In this document: one piece after another, positions 1 through 11,560 of the stretch
How positions within the stretch are numbered: position 1 is the stretch's first letter
Layout: each line of letters starts with the position of its first letter
Source: Neolecta irregularis DAH-3
Taxonomy: Eukaryota
Assembly (NCBI GenBank): GCA_001929475.1
Contig: LXFE01000206.1
Span: forward strand, 1-64,000
DNA length: 64,000 bases
Direction of reading: 5' to 3'
The notes under the pieces: model-generated
The model's database searches: none
The model's input: the letters and a program-made list of their open reading frames with translations, nothing else
Told to the model about the DNA's origin: nothing
Translations under genes and position numbers: made by a program

Positions 1-195
1 GGGAGCCATGGGAGAGGCTAGCGAGACTGGCTGGTGAGGCGGGAAGGCAAGGCGGGTAGGAAGGCGAAAAGGGATGATACAGCCGAGGGGAAGGGCTGCC
101 CAAATAGCATTATCTAATATCACGTGAAAAAGCCCGTTTCGGTCGAGTGGCCGATGGGCCGGGCCTTTTTCTTGGCCCGTCCCCAACAATGTCTG
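1..195. repeat. GC-rich repeat, probable non-autonomous DNA transposon remnant (truncated by window start)
   Basis: Purine-rich tract whose reverse complement (ccagtctcgctagcctctcccatggctccc; tatcatccc) resembles 26590-26780; followed by clustered GGGCC/GGCCC motifs as at 26955-27015. Confidence 0.5.
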
Positions 196-666
196 TGTCT
201 GTTCAATAATGCAAATAAAAACAGGCATCATCTTACTCATGAATATTCGCAAATATATCCTGTGGTGGAGTTGCAGATGAAATCTTGTAATCGTGACTTT
301 GAATTTCATCTTCCCGTGAACCAGCATCATCGTCAATTCAATACATTCTCCTGAGAATATTTGAGGGTTATTTGAGGGCTATGGCTATAGATCCGAGGAG
401 CCTGGGACTCTAATCTTTCTATTGTTGATTATGCTATCAATTGTCGCTAAAAAATGGCAACTAAGAAAACAGGAGTTGTTGGCGCATAGTTTGTCAGCAT
501 TTGTATCTGCGGCCCCGGATTGCTCAAACCAGAATTCTCTTTCAGGCTCTTGGAGATTAGGCTAGGGTATGTTTGACACAGTCTGGATCGTTTGCAAAGG
601 GAATCTGGGAAAGTATGAATAGCCCACCTTTCCCAGGCAGGCACCCACATAAACAACGAAAATAAG

Positions 667-1326
667 ATGCAGTTCCTTTCCATTCTTTACGCATCAGCTC
701 TCTACATCCTTTCTGTTAAAGGGCTGGCCCAGACCCAACCTAATAAGGCTGCACGCACCACAGAGAAAAATATTGGACCTCAGGTGGAAGCAGTCATTCA
801 GCAGAACCCGTTTCCACAACTCAAACCATGTAGCGCGTCTTGTCTTCAAAGCAAAGAAGCTCCCAATTGTTGTCAGTTCTCTCTCATCTCCTTCCAGACT
901 GCCAACGTCAGCCTGAGCACCGTCCCGTCCGGCATCTACAATAACTCACTCGCTTTGGACAAGGGCCATCTCGTACCAAAACAAGACAATGAGGATTCAA
1001 TAATTCTTCATCTTTCGGTAGATAATTATCTTCGCGATACAACACGCGGTCGCTACGGAAATTTGATCGCTTCTAAGATACCAAACCTCTTCGAGGTCGA
1101 TTTCAACGCGGGCAAGAACATTACTGGATATCCCGGCAAATGGCAGCTCTTTAATTTCATCTCTGGAATTTCTGGGTTCGCATTCAATGAAGTTTCGACT
1201 TGGTATTTTTGTGATCTGGCAGGGACCGGCGATTATCACATTCATTGGGCTGCGAGCAGTTTACCATTAAGTATCAATTGTTTTCCAACCTTTTTGTTAG
1301 CAATTGCAAATGTGCCGTTGCACTGA
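667..1326 (+). CDS. Secreted Cys-patterned protein (219 aa), paralog 1
   Basis: Intronless ORF with signal peptide MQFLSILYASALYILSVKG, C-x3-C-x7-CC motif and C-terminal C..Y.I.W..C pattern; homologous to 2539..3219. Confidence 0.85.
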   Translation: MQFLSILYASALYILSVKGLAQTQPNKAARTTEKNIGPQVEAVIQQNPFPQLKPCSASCLQSKEAPNCCQFSLISFQTANVSLSTVPSGIYNNSLALDKGHLVPKQDNEDSIILHLSVDNYLRDTTRGRYGNLIASKIPNLFEVDFNAGKNITGYPGKWQLFNFISGISGFAFNEVSTWYFCDLAGTGDYHIHWAASSLPLSINCFPTFLLAIANVPLH

Positions 1327-1633
1327 GCCCAAGTAGGTTTGCAGGGTCTGGAACCGATATTTCTTTTGTTGTTTTGATGTTCCAAGTGAATCTCAAGGAT
1401 TAATCAATTCTCCAAGTTTAAGTATTTTGTGAAATTTGAAATTTGGCATTCGTGTGAAAACATCATTCTGCTATGATTGTTATTGTAACGTGTTGAGCTC
1501 TTGCCAACTTGTGACAAGCAAAGGTCGTCAAAGCTCTCTTCATTTTAAGGGACTCAATCTTTCTATTGTTGATTACACTACTAGTTTCCGCTAAAATGGT
1601 AATTTGGAGGAAAGTTGGTGCATAGTTTGACAG

Positions 1634-1690
1634 CAGTGTGTCCAACCGCCCGCCGGAGGGTCACCGACGGCCGCGGACGGGCTGTTTGAG
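1634..1690 (+). mobile_element. Terminal remnant of a second CAG-ended MITE family (CAGTGTGTCCAACCGCCCG)
   Basis: Same motif inverted at 41733-41752 (acgggcgggtggacacactg); 17-nt exact inverted match between 1642-1658 and 9209-9225. Confidence 0.55.
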
Positions 1691-1779
1691 GATGTGTTAC
1701 AGCCGATTCGCGTGAGGTCACTAGATGCATCATTCCAAAAGGAAAATGCTGACGTTTGCTTGACAAGATGTATGATAAG

Positions 1780-2287
1780 CAGCGTTCCTAATCGACTGGA
1801 CCAGGCCGACCAAAGACCCTTGGTCTAGTCGGTCTAAACAGCCCAAAGACCGGTCCAGTCGGTCTAAACCTTCTTATACATTCTGAAAAAAAATTCCGAT
1901 AGATATAGGTTGCTTGGTTACAATGGGAATTTTTGTATTAACAATGATGTTTCTTGTTGTCACTTATACCTGAGGTCAAAGAGCTGCAACATAGATCAAG
2001 ATACCGCTACTACCACTACTCGAGTGTACCACCGCCACTGCCACTTTTGAGATTTTCATCACCGCTTAAGCCAACTTCAATTTGCCTCGCCTCTACAAGA
2101 TTCCCTTAACCAAGTGCCTTTTCTCTTCTACTATTTCTTAACCATTAACTATATATATGAATTATTCAGTCTATCAGACTGTCCAGACCAACTTGACCTT
2201 TGGTCTGGTTGGTCTGGACTGAAATAAATGCCAGTCTGGTCTGGTCTATTTGGATGGTCTATTTGGTCCAGTCGATTAAGAATGCTG
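1780..2287. mobile_element. hAT-type MITE, 508 bp
   Basis: TIRs cagcgttcctaatcgactggacca / tggtccagtcgattaagaatgctg; 8-bp TSD atgataag (1772-1779) / atgatagg (2288-2295); subterminal GACC/GGTC repeats; second copy at 17438. Confidence 0.9.
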
Positions 2288-2538
2288 ATGATAGGAGAAT
2301 CACCAAATATCTCGTTTCAATTTTTGAACTTTTTGTAAGTTTATTTGGTTAGTTGGTTATTTGCGTATTGTCAGAACAAGATGGCATAATTCGACATGCC
2401 ATATTGCTTTAATGTCCGATACAATTTCGTGGTTCATTAGCCCAGCAAGCAACGGTAGCAGCCGATGTAGGAGTCCAAAGAGAAGATAAAGAACCAGTTC
2501 ATCCGCCAAAAGGCATATCAAAACCAACGAAGTCGAAG

Positions 2539-3219
2539 ATGAAACTCCTCTCCATTCTTTCTGTATTCGTTCTTTACATCTTCTCTGTCAAAGCCGAGGC
2601 TGGCCATTCATCTAGTAGCAATAACGACCCCTCAAAAGACGATATTTCAATTCAGGTTATTGAGACCCTTAACACACATCCACCTCCCCGGCAAGCAACT
2701 TGTACTGCTGAATGTTTAAAGAGCCAGTCCGTTCCGCTTTGTTGCGCCTTTGCGCTCGTCACCTATCCATTTTCCGAAATGACCCAAGAGGAGAGTTCGG
2801 AGCCTATTTTCAATCGTACGCTCGGTTTAACCCCAGGTGGTATGCTCTCATCGAACCCCGGACAAAATACAAATGCTGCTGTCTTTCAAGTTTTGTCAAC
2901 AGGTCAGCTCCAGGAAATAACCACTGGTCGCTATGGAACATGGAAGAAAGCGAAGGAAGGACTTAACGGGCTTGAGTTTAAAACGACAAATCCACCCTCT
3001 GCAAACCCTGATGATTGGAGTTTCACATGGCTCGATATGCAATTCCGATATATCGCATTCGGATGGAGAACTGCCCCTGTTCCCATTATGTGCAAATTGG
3101 ATAGCGACGCCTACTATCGGGTATATTTTGCCAGCACGAATAATGTACTTCAAGAGTGGAACTGTCATCAAGTAGTGCTGCTATTTGATAGCACAGAGGC
3201 GCTCCCTAGAAATAGTTAA
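2539..3219 (+). CDS. Secreted Cys-patterned protein (226 aa), paralog 2
   Basis: Intronless; signal peptide MKLLSILSVFVLYIFSVKA; CTAECLKSQSVPLCC, TTGRYG and C-terminal Cys pair shared with 667..1326. Confidence 0.85.
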   Translation: MKLLSILSVFVLYIFSVKAEAGHSSSSNNDPSKDDISIQVIETLNTHPPPRQATCTAECLKSQSVPLCCAFALVTYPFSEMTQEESSEPIFNRTLGLTPGGMLSSNPGQNTNAAVFQVLSTGQLQEITTGRYGTWKKAKEGLNGLEFKTTNPPSANPDDWSFTWLDMQFRYIAFGWRTAPVPIMCKLDSDAYYRVYFASTNNVLQEWNCHQVVLLFDSTEALPRNS

Positions 3220-4098
3220 GCGTAGTGTGCAAATAACACCTGGTTATATTTCTTTAACCTAAGCAAGCAATTCTTTACGCTTAGGTTAAGATATGCTAGC
3301 TAAGCCCTTATATACTCTATATATTAATTGCCCTTATTTCTTATTACGCCTCATACTGTATTGGTACGACATATCCTGGTAATACCCCGGGTATATCGTT
3401 ACACTCCTTCAGTGGTTGATAGGCAGTGGATTTATGGTCTGAGACGCTTTTATACATCTGATTATCCTGTGCTTTTTTTCAAGTGTAAGGATATTTCCTC
3501 GCGGCTGGACGCATGGAACAGTGGTGTGTTTCATCCCAGAATCGTCTTTATTAATTTTGCATTTAAAGGGTTACTGCGGGCCATACCTAGCTAAGTTATT
3601 GTTACTAAAGCTTGACACAATATACCCTAGTCCCTCTCCCACAACACCCAATGTTGTCCGAATACGAATAGGAAACATTCATTCAAATGAATTGTAAATA
3701 AAGTATACATTATGAAAAATATACAGTATGAAAGATATGCAGTAAATGTATGCAAGTATAAGGAAACAAGCGACAAGCATGCACTGGCAACAACCCTAGA
3801 AAACACATACGGCCATAGATTCCGAAGCCATTGTTCTGTGAAAAGCTTACACTTGTTTAGAAATCATCAACATTGTGAAACCAATATAACCCCAAGTCAG
3901 AAAAATAGGTCGTAGTGTAAAGAGGTGTAGAATTGCTGTGAGCCTCGAAAATTTCAGTTGCAAATCTCTTAACAATTAAATATTTTGACTTGAAATGGCT
4001 TTCGAGCGCATTGGTGGAGTGGCTTCAAAATCAATGCTTTTTTGATGCTAAACAGCCAAAGATACAATGAACCTACCTCACTCAAGATACAATGCCCA

Positions 4099-4956
4099 CT
4101 ATTTGATTTTCCACATCTTCTTACCCTTCCCACGTCGGACCACCTCAACCTTCTTTCCTCCATTTTCAAAACTTAATACTACACTTTCTCCCTGACCTCT
4201 TGCCTCGCATACTTTCTTCGCGGTCTGATATCTAGTCATATCGTTCTCGATGGAACATTCTTCCAGGACTTTCTTTACAACAGCAAAAGGCAATGGTTTC
4301 AGCGTCTCAACCAAGCTTTCTGGATGATGAAACGGTAACTGATGAGAGAGATAGCCCATGATCATTCCCTGAATATGCTTTGAAAATGGTAGATATCTAT
4401 TCTTATCTTCGGCTTCAGAAAGTCCCGAGAATTCAATCCACGATACTAAATCTCGTTCAACCCGGATATGATGAATTACTCGAGAAGCGAGATCGTCCAT
4501 TTGGAAAAATATACTTGTTGCAAGCACAGCTTTCAGATCAACATCTTCCTCAAAGTGAGGAATAGGTCGGTAAAGGTGCTGGCAAACGTAAGCGACGCTC
4601 GATGGAGTAATATATTGGTCATCAGTCGGAATTTTAAGGGTATATGGTGGACCGGATTGCTGTGAGATTAAATGAGCGAAGAATGGCGATTGTGCGATGA
4701 TTAATGCATGAACTTGGAGGGTGGGAAAGTTTGAGACTTGCAGGGCAACGTCGGAAAATTGACCACGAAGGAAGCCCACGCTGTAAATAAATGGAAGGAG
4801 GTCCTGACTAATTAGTCGAGGATAGACTAGGCGCGATACAGATTGGGGAGGTGGAGAAGGGGGAGCTCCTGAGGTGGAATGTCCATTGGATGGTATTGGG
4901 GGATGTATGCAATTTGTTCCATTGACGAAGGTGCTATTGACTGGGCGGTTGTGCAT
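4099..4956 (-). CDS. BTB/POZ-domain protein
   Basis: FSDVALQV...LQVHALIIAQSPFF BTB signature; first ATG at 4956; basic C-terminus. Confidence 0.8.
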   Translation of the reverse strand: MHNRPVNSTFVNGTNCIHPPIPSNGHSTSGAPPSPPPQSVSRLVYPRLISQDLLPFIYSVGFLRGQFSDVALQVSNFPTLQVHALIIAQSPFFAHLISQQSGPPYTLKIPTDDQYITPSSVAYVCQHLYRPIPHFEEDVDLKAVLATSIFFQMDDLASRVIHHIRVERDLVSWIEFSGLSEAEDKNRYLPFSKHIQGMIMGYLSHQLPFHHPESLVETLKPLPFAVVKKVLEECSIENDMTRYQTAKKVCEARGQGESVVLSFENGGKKVEVVRRGKGKKMWKIK

Positions 4957-5120
4957 TTCACGAGATGCTAGAGCGACTAAAGGGCGCAAAATGCCGGATT
5001 ATATGGTGAAGATGACGAGGATCAGTCGGAGGGATATTTCTGAGTTTGATGGTTAGTTAGCGCAAGTGAAAAAGCAGCTTCTGAAAACTCCGACGTCGTT
5101 TGACTTCGGTTGTTTTCAGA

Positions 5121-8100
5121 ATGATTTTCAATAATGATGATATTAAAAAGAACCTGAGAAATATAAGGATTACCGAGGGTTTTGGGTTTGAAGCGACTTT
5201 GAGCCAGGTTTAAGACAGGCTAGAAGGTCATTCGATTATCTGTCGACATTGCTTTCACCCGCATTTTCTCCAGACATTCAAATCATGATAGTCGATACAC
5301 TCGTCTACTTGTGTCAAAAAACTACCACTACTCCGATTGAAACTGTGGATTATATACAGTTTATGCCGTTGACATGGACACGATATTCTCATTCAGTTGC
5401 CGGTGCCGCTAAGGCCTGCAAGGGTCTATTTAGACATCTACTCAAGAAGGGTGAAAAAACCTCACAATTCGCTAAAGCACACGTGCTCAAGATAATGTTG
5501 GAAGAGCCTTTGAGCAAGGGAATTTCCGTCTTTATGGTCGAATTGATCAAAGACTGCGGAACAAATCTTGTTGTTCAGCGCAAAGGATATCTTGAGCATG
5601 CAGTTTCTAGCATGAAGGACCCATCATTATCCAGCTGTGTTGGCAAGCTCATTTTTGAGATTATTGCCGTACGCAAAGAGGAAGTTGCCGAGGTGCTCAC
5701 CTCACTGTAACCTTTTAACAGCACAAGGATGAATGGAACAATTTTTGGACTGCGTTAATACCGCCGAATCTCGAAGATCCCCAAATTGGAAAGGCAATAA
5801 GGCAGTATATCCTCCCTCCACTCTTTCGCTTGTCCCCCACTTCGGTTTCTTTGCTTCAGTCCGTTACCGATCTGTTGTCTAATTTCTCAATTCTTCGGAT
5901 AGCTACCGAATTAAATATTCCTCATTCCACCATGGACTTAGAAAGACACTTATGCCATATTAATCCCGAGGTTCGACTTGGTGCATTATCAGTACTGTTA
6001 TCGTCATATCGTCAAACAACACCATTCTCAAATCATGACTTCGCTTTATTAAAATTGTACTTGTCTGACTTTTTCACCTCGACAATACCGGATGTCCGCT
6101 GCGTATTCCTTGGCCGAATCCGTCAACTTCTCACCCGTCTACGAGCATCATGTCATGCGCTAAATAAATCGCGCAATTCATTCGATAAGGAGCACGAATT
6201 CATCCTCTGGTTTCATGAGTTGTTGAAATATGAATTGCAACCAGAAAGTTCGTATCAGCGGGTACTGACGACAATTCATATTATCGAAATATTCTTCATT
6301 TTTGGGCTTGATGATCTTGTTTTTGGAGAACAGTCATCGCAACTGTTTCCATTTAAAATCAAGATAATTGATGATGAAATGCAGAAATTACTGGTTGATA
6401 AATTATCAGACCCATTTGAAGATATTCGCGACAAGAGTATGGAAATCCTGTTCAGGTGTAAAGTGGAGATTCAAATTGAGAAAAATAATTTACTGGATGT
6501 GATAAATATCTCGAGATGTGAAGAGTATGATGGTGCTGCAAGATTATTATTTCTGGCCGACTTGGGTTACAAATGGTCCCTGAAAAAGCTGGAGAATGGC
6601 GAGCAATCTCTTGGATATTTGTCCCTTTTACGGAAAGTTTGAGATAGATTCGTCTCGTTCTAATTATCAGGTTTCATGTTCAACACCAAAGCATCAAAGA
6701 TCCAATGATACCCCGAATATTTGCAGTAATTGAGAAGATCTATGAGTATACGAAGAAACTGCTTTGTGCCGAATCACCTGAACAACTCCTTCAAGACTCT
6801 AGTGAATTCCAGGAAATGAGTTCATTTGCGTGGCGCAGCATTAAAGAATCGAGGCATGAACTTTTCCCTTGGTAGTTAACTGTGTAGTTTGCTACTGACC
6901 TCACTACTAAATCATATGACTTCGGTAGAACTCGAAAAAACAGGCAGATTGTACCTTGCCTGGATAAATGAGATCCGTCATCGTGGAGCCTTTTCTGCTT
7001 TATTCCCAGAGCTTATTGCACTCTCTACATTTCTTCATTCTTCTCAACTTGAGGAATTGAACGTTCTCCCCAAAATCTGGATACAGGTACCGCGCTTTGG
7101 CCTTCGCTCCACTAATATCCAGGAAATTATTGATGCCATGCTTTTTACATCGCGAACTATAACTCGGCGAAGCGGGGGTTTACCAATGTCTCTTGTAGCT
7201 TTATTATGCCCGGAGATCGGCATCTCTCGCCCATTGTTTAAATCAACCATGTCGCAACTCTTTAAAATCGCTAAAATTCGGATCGAAATCATTGAATTGT
7301 CAGACCTCCCTCAAATCCATGCTTTAAACTCTATTCGTGCGATATTCCAGGAATCAAAGCTGTCTGTGTACTGTACTGAATATGTTTCTGAGGCGCTTCT
7401 CTTAGTTATTCAAGGCTTTTCCTCGAATGCGTATCGTTCTCCGTTTCAAGGACTATCGCTCTAATCAATTAGATGGTCAATTCGAAACTGTGCATTAATT
7501 TTGTTCAATACCATCATTCTTCGCGCTTTTGGAAAGCATAAATCCAGGGATTTTTCTGGTGTTGGCAAAAGGATGTCTGTTAAAAGTTTTTTTGATCGGT
7601 ATGCTTGTCATGACTCATTTGTTCACGAGTTGAGCATTGGCGTGAATGCACTGAGTGAGAACAAGGTCTGACTTTTATTATTTCAACATGACATTAACCT
7701 GACAGGTTGAAACTGTATTGTATCCTATTCTTTCTTTGTTATCTAGATTGGACATAGGAGGATGTGGTGACTATAATGAAATGCGGAAGTTGGTTGAGAA
7801 AGCTCTGAGAAGTGGGATTTGGAAGGTGCAGCTTTATTATCCACCTAATGTCACTAATCAAAGATTCGAGAAATTGCTGCACAAGCGTTGCCAGCGCTCA
7901 TTCCTGCTTGTGAAGTTCCGACTGTTCTGTGCCAAATGATCAATGGATGCCCGGGACTCTCACAAAATGAGATACATGGGCGATTATTACTTGTAAAGAG
8001 TTTGGTCAATAGCTATTCGGGTGCGTTATATTTTTATGCCAAAAGCTCATCGAAGATTTCGCCCCCGTCCTTCGAAATCCCATTTTGAAGAATTTTGATA

Positions 8101-9243
8101 TCCTCGTCAATTACAACAATAATCCGTTTTCGAAAGGACTTGTTTTGGAGCTATGTACGCGGTATCTCTTAGAGGATTCGAAAGTCTTTGCATCTCTACG
8201 ACGAAGAAATCTCGCTTATCCTGCAGTTGGAGCAGGAAGTTCATTCTTGGAGATAAATACTGCGATTTTTCGCTTGTCATTAGCTAAAGGGGACAGTAGA
8301 TATCAAAATACAGCCATCAATGCAATTCAAAACGGCTGCTACGAAGCGAAGATCAAACTCTTGGATTTGTTTGATGAAAGGTATTTCGCTCAAAGTGAAA
8401 CCTGTTTATGAGCTTAGGGTATCGCGTAGCCCTTTGTTGGTAAAGGAAATTTACAAACTCGCATTTGATGAGGATGTATTTAGTGAAGTACGAATTGCTG
8501 CGTTGGGCTTATTGCGGCGGCTAAGGATTTCTGGGACGTCGAGGTGGGCGAAATTATTATGTCTTGTCCGAGAATCATCTATCGTATCTATACGTGAGGC
8601 CGCGATGGCTCTGATGGGTATTCATATCGTAGAGGTACTGCACAGTTTAGTCTTTCATTCTAACTGTTTCGATATGGTCTTCAAAGGTTTCTGATTGCAA
8701 CAGTAGACTCTTTGAGTGGATAGACCAGTTGTCTCACTTCATTGGCGATGAAAAGGTGAATATGCGGGTTGCATCCACTCGGAGTTGACACTCTAGTCAT
8801 TGTCATCTCGTCAAGCTGCACTTGCATCGATATCCGCCTTCTCTGAGCATCTCAGAATCCCTAGCGAGCAAACTGAAGCGTTGTATTTTCATATATTCGA
8901 CTTTCTCGAAGATGACGACGAGGACATCAGAGAAGAATCTGCTCGTTTAGTTTCTTCAATCCTAAGTCTTGCTGAACCTTGTTCAAGTCTTGAGGGTACA
9001 CGGAGACTTGTTACGTTTCTTGTGAAAGAACTCAATTTTGAAATGCTGAAAGATAATCTGGTCCGGAGAGCTAAGGTTGACCTTGATTTGTTGGCAATTG
9101 ATATGCCCTTTGGTCATTTCAAAATAGAGAAACATAACCTCTGGAAGGATGAAAGGCGGCTAAGTCATTATCTTGAGGAGTCTGTTGCGGCTTGCCGGCC
9201 GGAGCATTCTCCGGCGGGCGGTTGGGCGGGTTGGATAAAATGA
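5121..9243 (+). CDS. TRM732: THADA/Trm732 (DUF2428) ARM-repeat tRNA methylation cofactor, multi-exon
   Basis: Motifs WRSIKESS, IRHRGAFS, TRRSGGLP, PQIHALNSIR, WSIRNCAL, LYPILSLLSRL across exons joined by short introns. Confidence 0.9.
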
Positions 9244-9644
9244 ACAGAGTGGGTTAAGTATAAGCATATTTGCTTAATACGGTTCTACTTCTGTTACTCT
9301 ATTATGCTATTCTAATGTACTGTGTTGTTGTCCTTGCCTTTATGTTAATTACAGGCCTTTCCATGAGGAAAAATAATAGCAACTGAAAAAATGGCCAAAT
9401 AGAAATCAATCGATATTAGCAATCTTTGTTACTTAGTGAATGAGGTATTGCAAACTTCTTTACAAAGTCTGAACCACAAAATGTTATCAGACATTGTAAA
9501 TTGGCAATTCCTGCGGCAGGCGGCGGGGTCGGGCGGGCGTTTGGACGCTGGTTAAGCACTACTGGTTCTGAAGATCATATGATCCGTGTTACGTCATTAC
9601 TCGCGGTTGGCATATATAATCCTCCATTTCCATTCCCCACCACC

Positions 9645-10472
9645 ATGTCTTCCCCAAGTAACGATTCCATTGTTATCGCAAAGAATCTTGGACCAGAGGT
9701 CACTGAAGCGATTATCAAAGACTTCTTTTCCTTCTGTGGAAAGATTCAATCAATTATGCTTGATCGGTACCTTCTTTTTCAATTGTTCCTACTAAGGCAG
9801 TGCTACGAATTCGGCTAAAATTGTCTTTGAACGAGCTTCCGCTGCGAAGACGGCTCTTCTACTGCAGGAGGCTCAGCTTGGCTCCCGGCAGATTAGTGTC
9901 GAACGGCTTGATTCGCAGCCCTCGGAAAATGAAGGAGAGGGATTACGCCAAGAAGACAAACCACGGACCGCCATACTGGCTGAATATCTCGCACAGGGAT
10001 ACGTAATTGGAGATAGTGCCCTGGAGAAAGGTATTGAACTGGATCGAGAGCATGGAGTCAGCTTGAGATTTACATCGTTCCTGAATTCAGCTTTGGCGAA
10101 TGGTACTTGGCTTGCTTTTGCTGCTGATGACTAAAAATAGTCAAAACTCTGGATCAAAAACTCCATGTCACTGAAACTGCTACTACTCTCGATAATAAGT
10201 TTTCTTTATTAGATACTGCCCATCGATATGTCGACACCGCACTTGATACAGTCACTGGAAAAAAAATTCGAGACTTCTATCTTACAGGACAGAAACAAGT
10301 CTTGGATATCCACAACGAGGCTAGACGTCTAGCTGTATGAGATCTTGTCATTGGAATCACTGGCTGACACCAGGATTTGAAAAAACAACAAGGCGAGGGG
10401 GCTAACGTTGAAGGAAAGTTGCACGATGCTAAGCAAAAAGTCTCTGAACAAATCAACAAGGCTAGTCAATAA
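9645..10472 (+). CDS. vip1: Vip1-like RRM protein (S. pombe vip1 family, not the IP6 kinase)
   Basis: IKDFFSFCGKI, AAKTALLL, QEDKPRTAILAEYLAQGY, DIHNEARRLA; 3 introns. Confidence 0.85.
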
Positions 10473-10622
10473 CTTTGTGGAATGTTGGTTAAAATTACAT
10501 AGAGTGATGATCTGTGCACAATTTCTTTTTGGCACAATTTTCTTCTAAGTATTGTTCTACCATTCAAGAAAACCCTTGGTAAACAAATAATAATGGCTCC
10601 TTTATCAGATCTTTGCTCAGCC

Positions 10623-10758
10623 TGCAGTAGGCTCAGCGCCGGTTTAACCGACACCCCCCTAAACCTGACACAATATCCTAATAAATATATAATAAGAATT
10701 CCCTATATTGTGTCGGGTTTAGGGGGGTGTCAGTTAAATCGGCGCTGAGCTTAGTGCA
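10623..10758. mobile_element. Fold-back MITE-like element
   Basis: ~54-bp near-perfect inverted arms (gctcagcgccggtttaaccgacacccccctaaacctgacacaatat / atattgtgtcgggtttaggggggtgtcagttaaatcggcgctgagc) around an AT-rich spacer. Confidence 0.8.
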
Positions 10759-11560
10759 AGCGGATACTAGTGAAGTATCCCAGACACCAGGTGTAAGTCC
10801 ACCCCAGTGAGCTTACTACGCATAACCGTGGCATAAGGATGTGTGGAGTGGGCATAACATAAGATTTTGAAGGGAACAAGGAATGATAAAGGTTATCGAA
10901 GGGAATGATAACAGTTATACGTGTCTGTAAGTAGATAGCTGGATCCTCACCTGAGTGCAGGTGAGATCTAATCTTGTATTATGCTGAGTATAGAATCTGG
11001 TTCAGTCTTTAATCCCTCCATTTAGAATCCCAGTTTCCTATGTATTCGTAGATTTTGTTAACACTAAACCTGATGCCAGAATTCTACGATATGAGGTTTG
11101 CACCAGGTGACGGCGATGATGGTCAAATTCGAACCGAACTTTACTGAGCGCAAATATACATAGTCAGTGATATTCTTGCTAACCCTTGCCTTGCCATTCA
11201 AAGCGGTGGCTCTATTCGCGAATAAACCTTAAAGTTACAGGACCAAGTTCTTTTACTTGCCTTTATGCAATGCACTTGCTAGTTATAAATAATATCTGTA
11301 GAAAAGCACTTTAGAGCAGAGCATGAAGCTGATATACGGACAGCCACCGTCGATTATATCTATTGGCGAGCGCAACTAGACTTTTCTGCTGAACTTGTAT
11401 ACCCGGATGTTTGTCCCATTCTGCTAGTGACTCATCCCACCACCAAAAATCTTTTACGGGAGTCTAGACTGCAATTCTGATCACTTTACGGTTCCTGCGG
11501 CCGCAAGCAATCCTTTCTCTACACAGGGATAACTCGTATCTATTGATATTCAAAAGAAGA

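Noticed and set aside
1790-1870. Short GACC/GGTC repeats resembling a CRISPR-like array
   Set aside because: Eukaryotic context, irregular spacing; they are subterminal repeats of the hAT MITE
10792-11063. TG...CA-bounded segment as a solo LTR (similar candidates near 3226-3371 and 18385-18630)
   Set aside because: No matching target-site duplications and no second copy within the window
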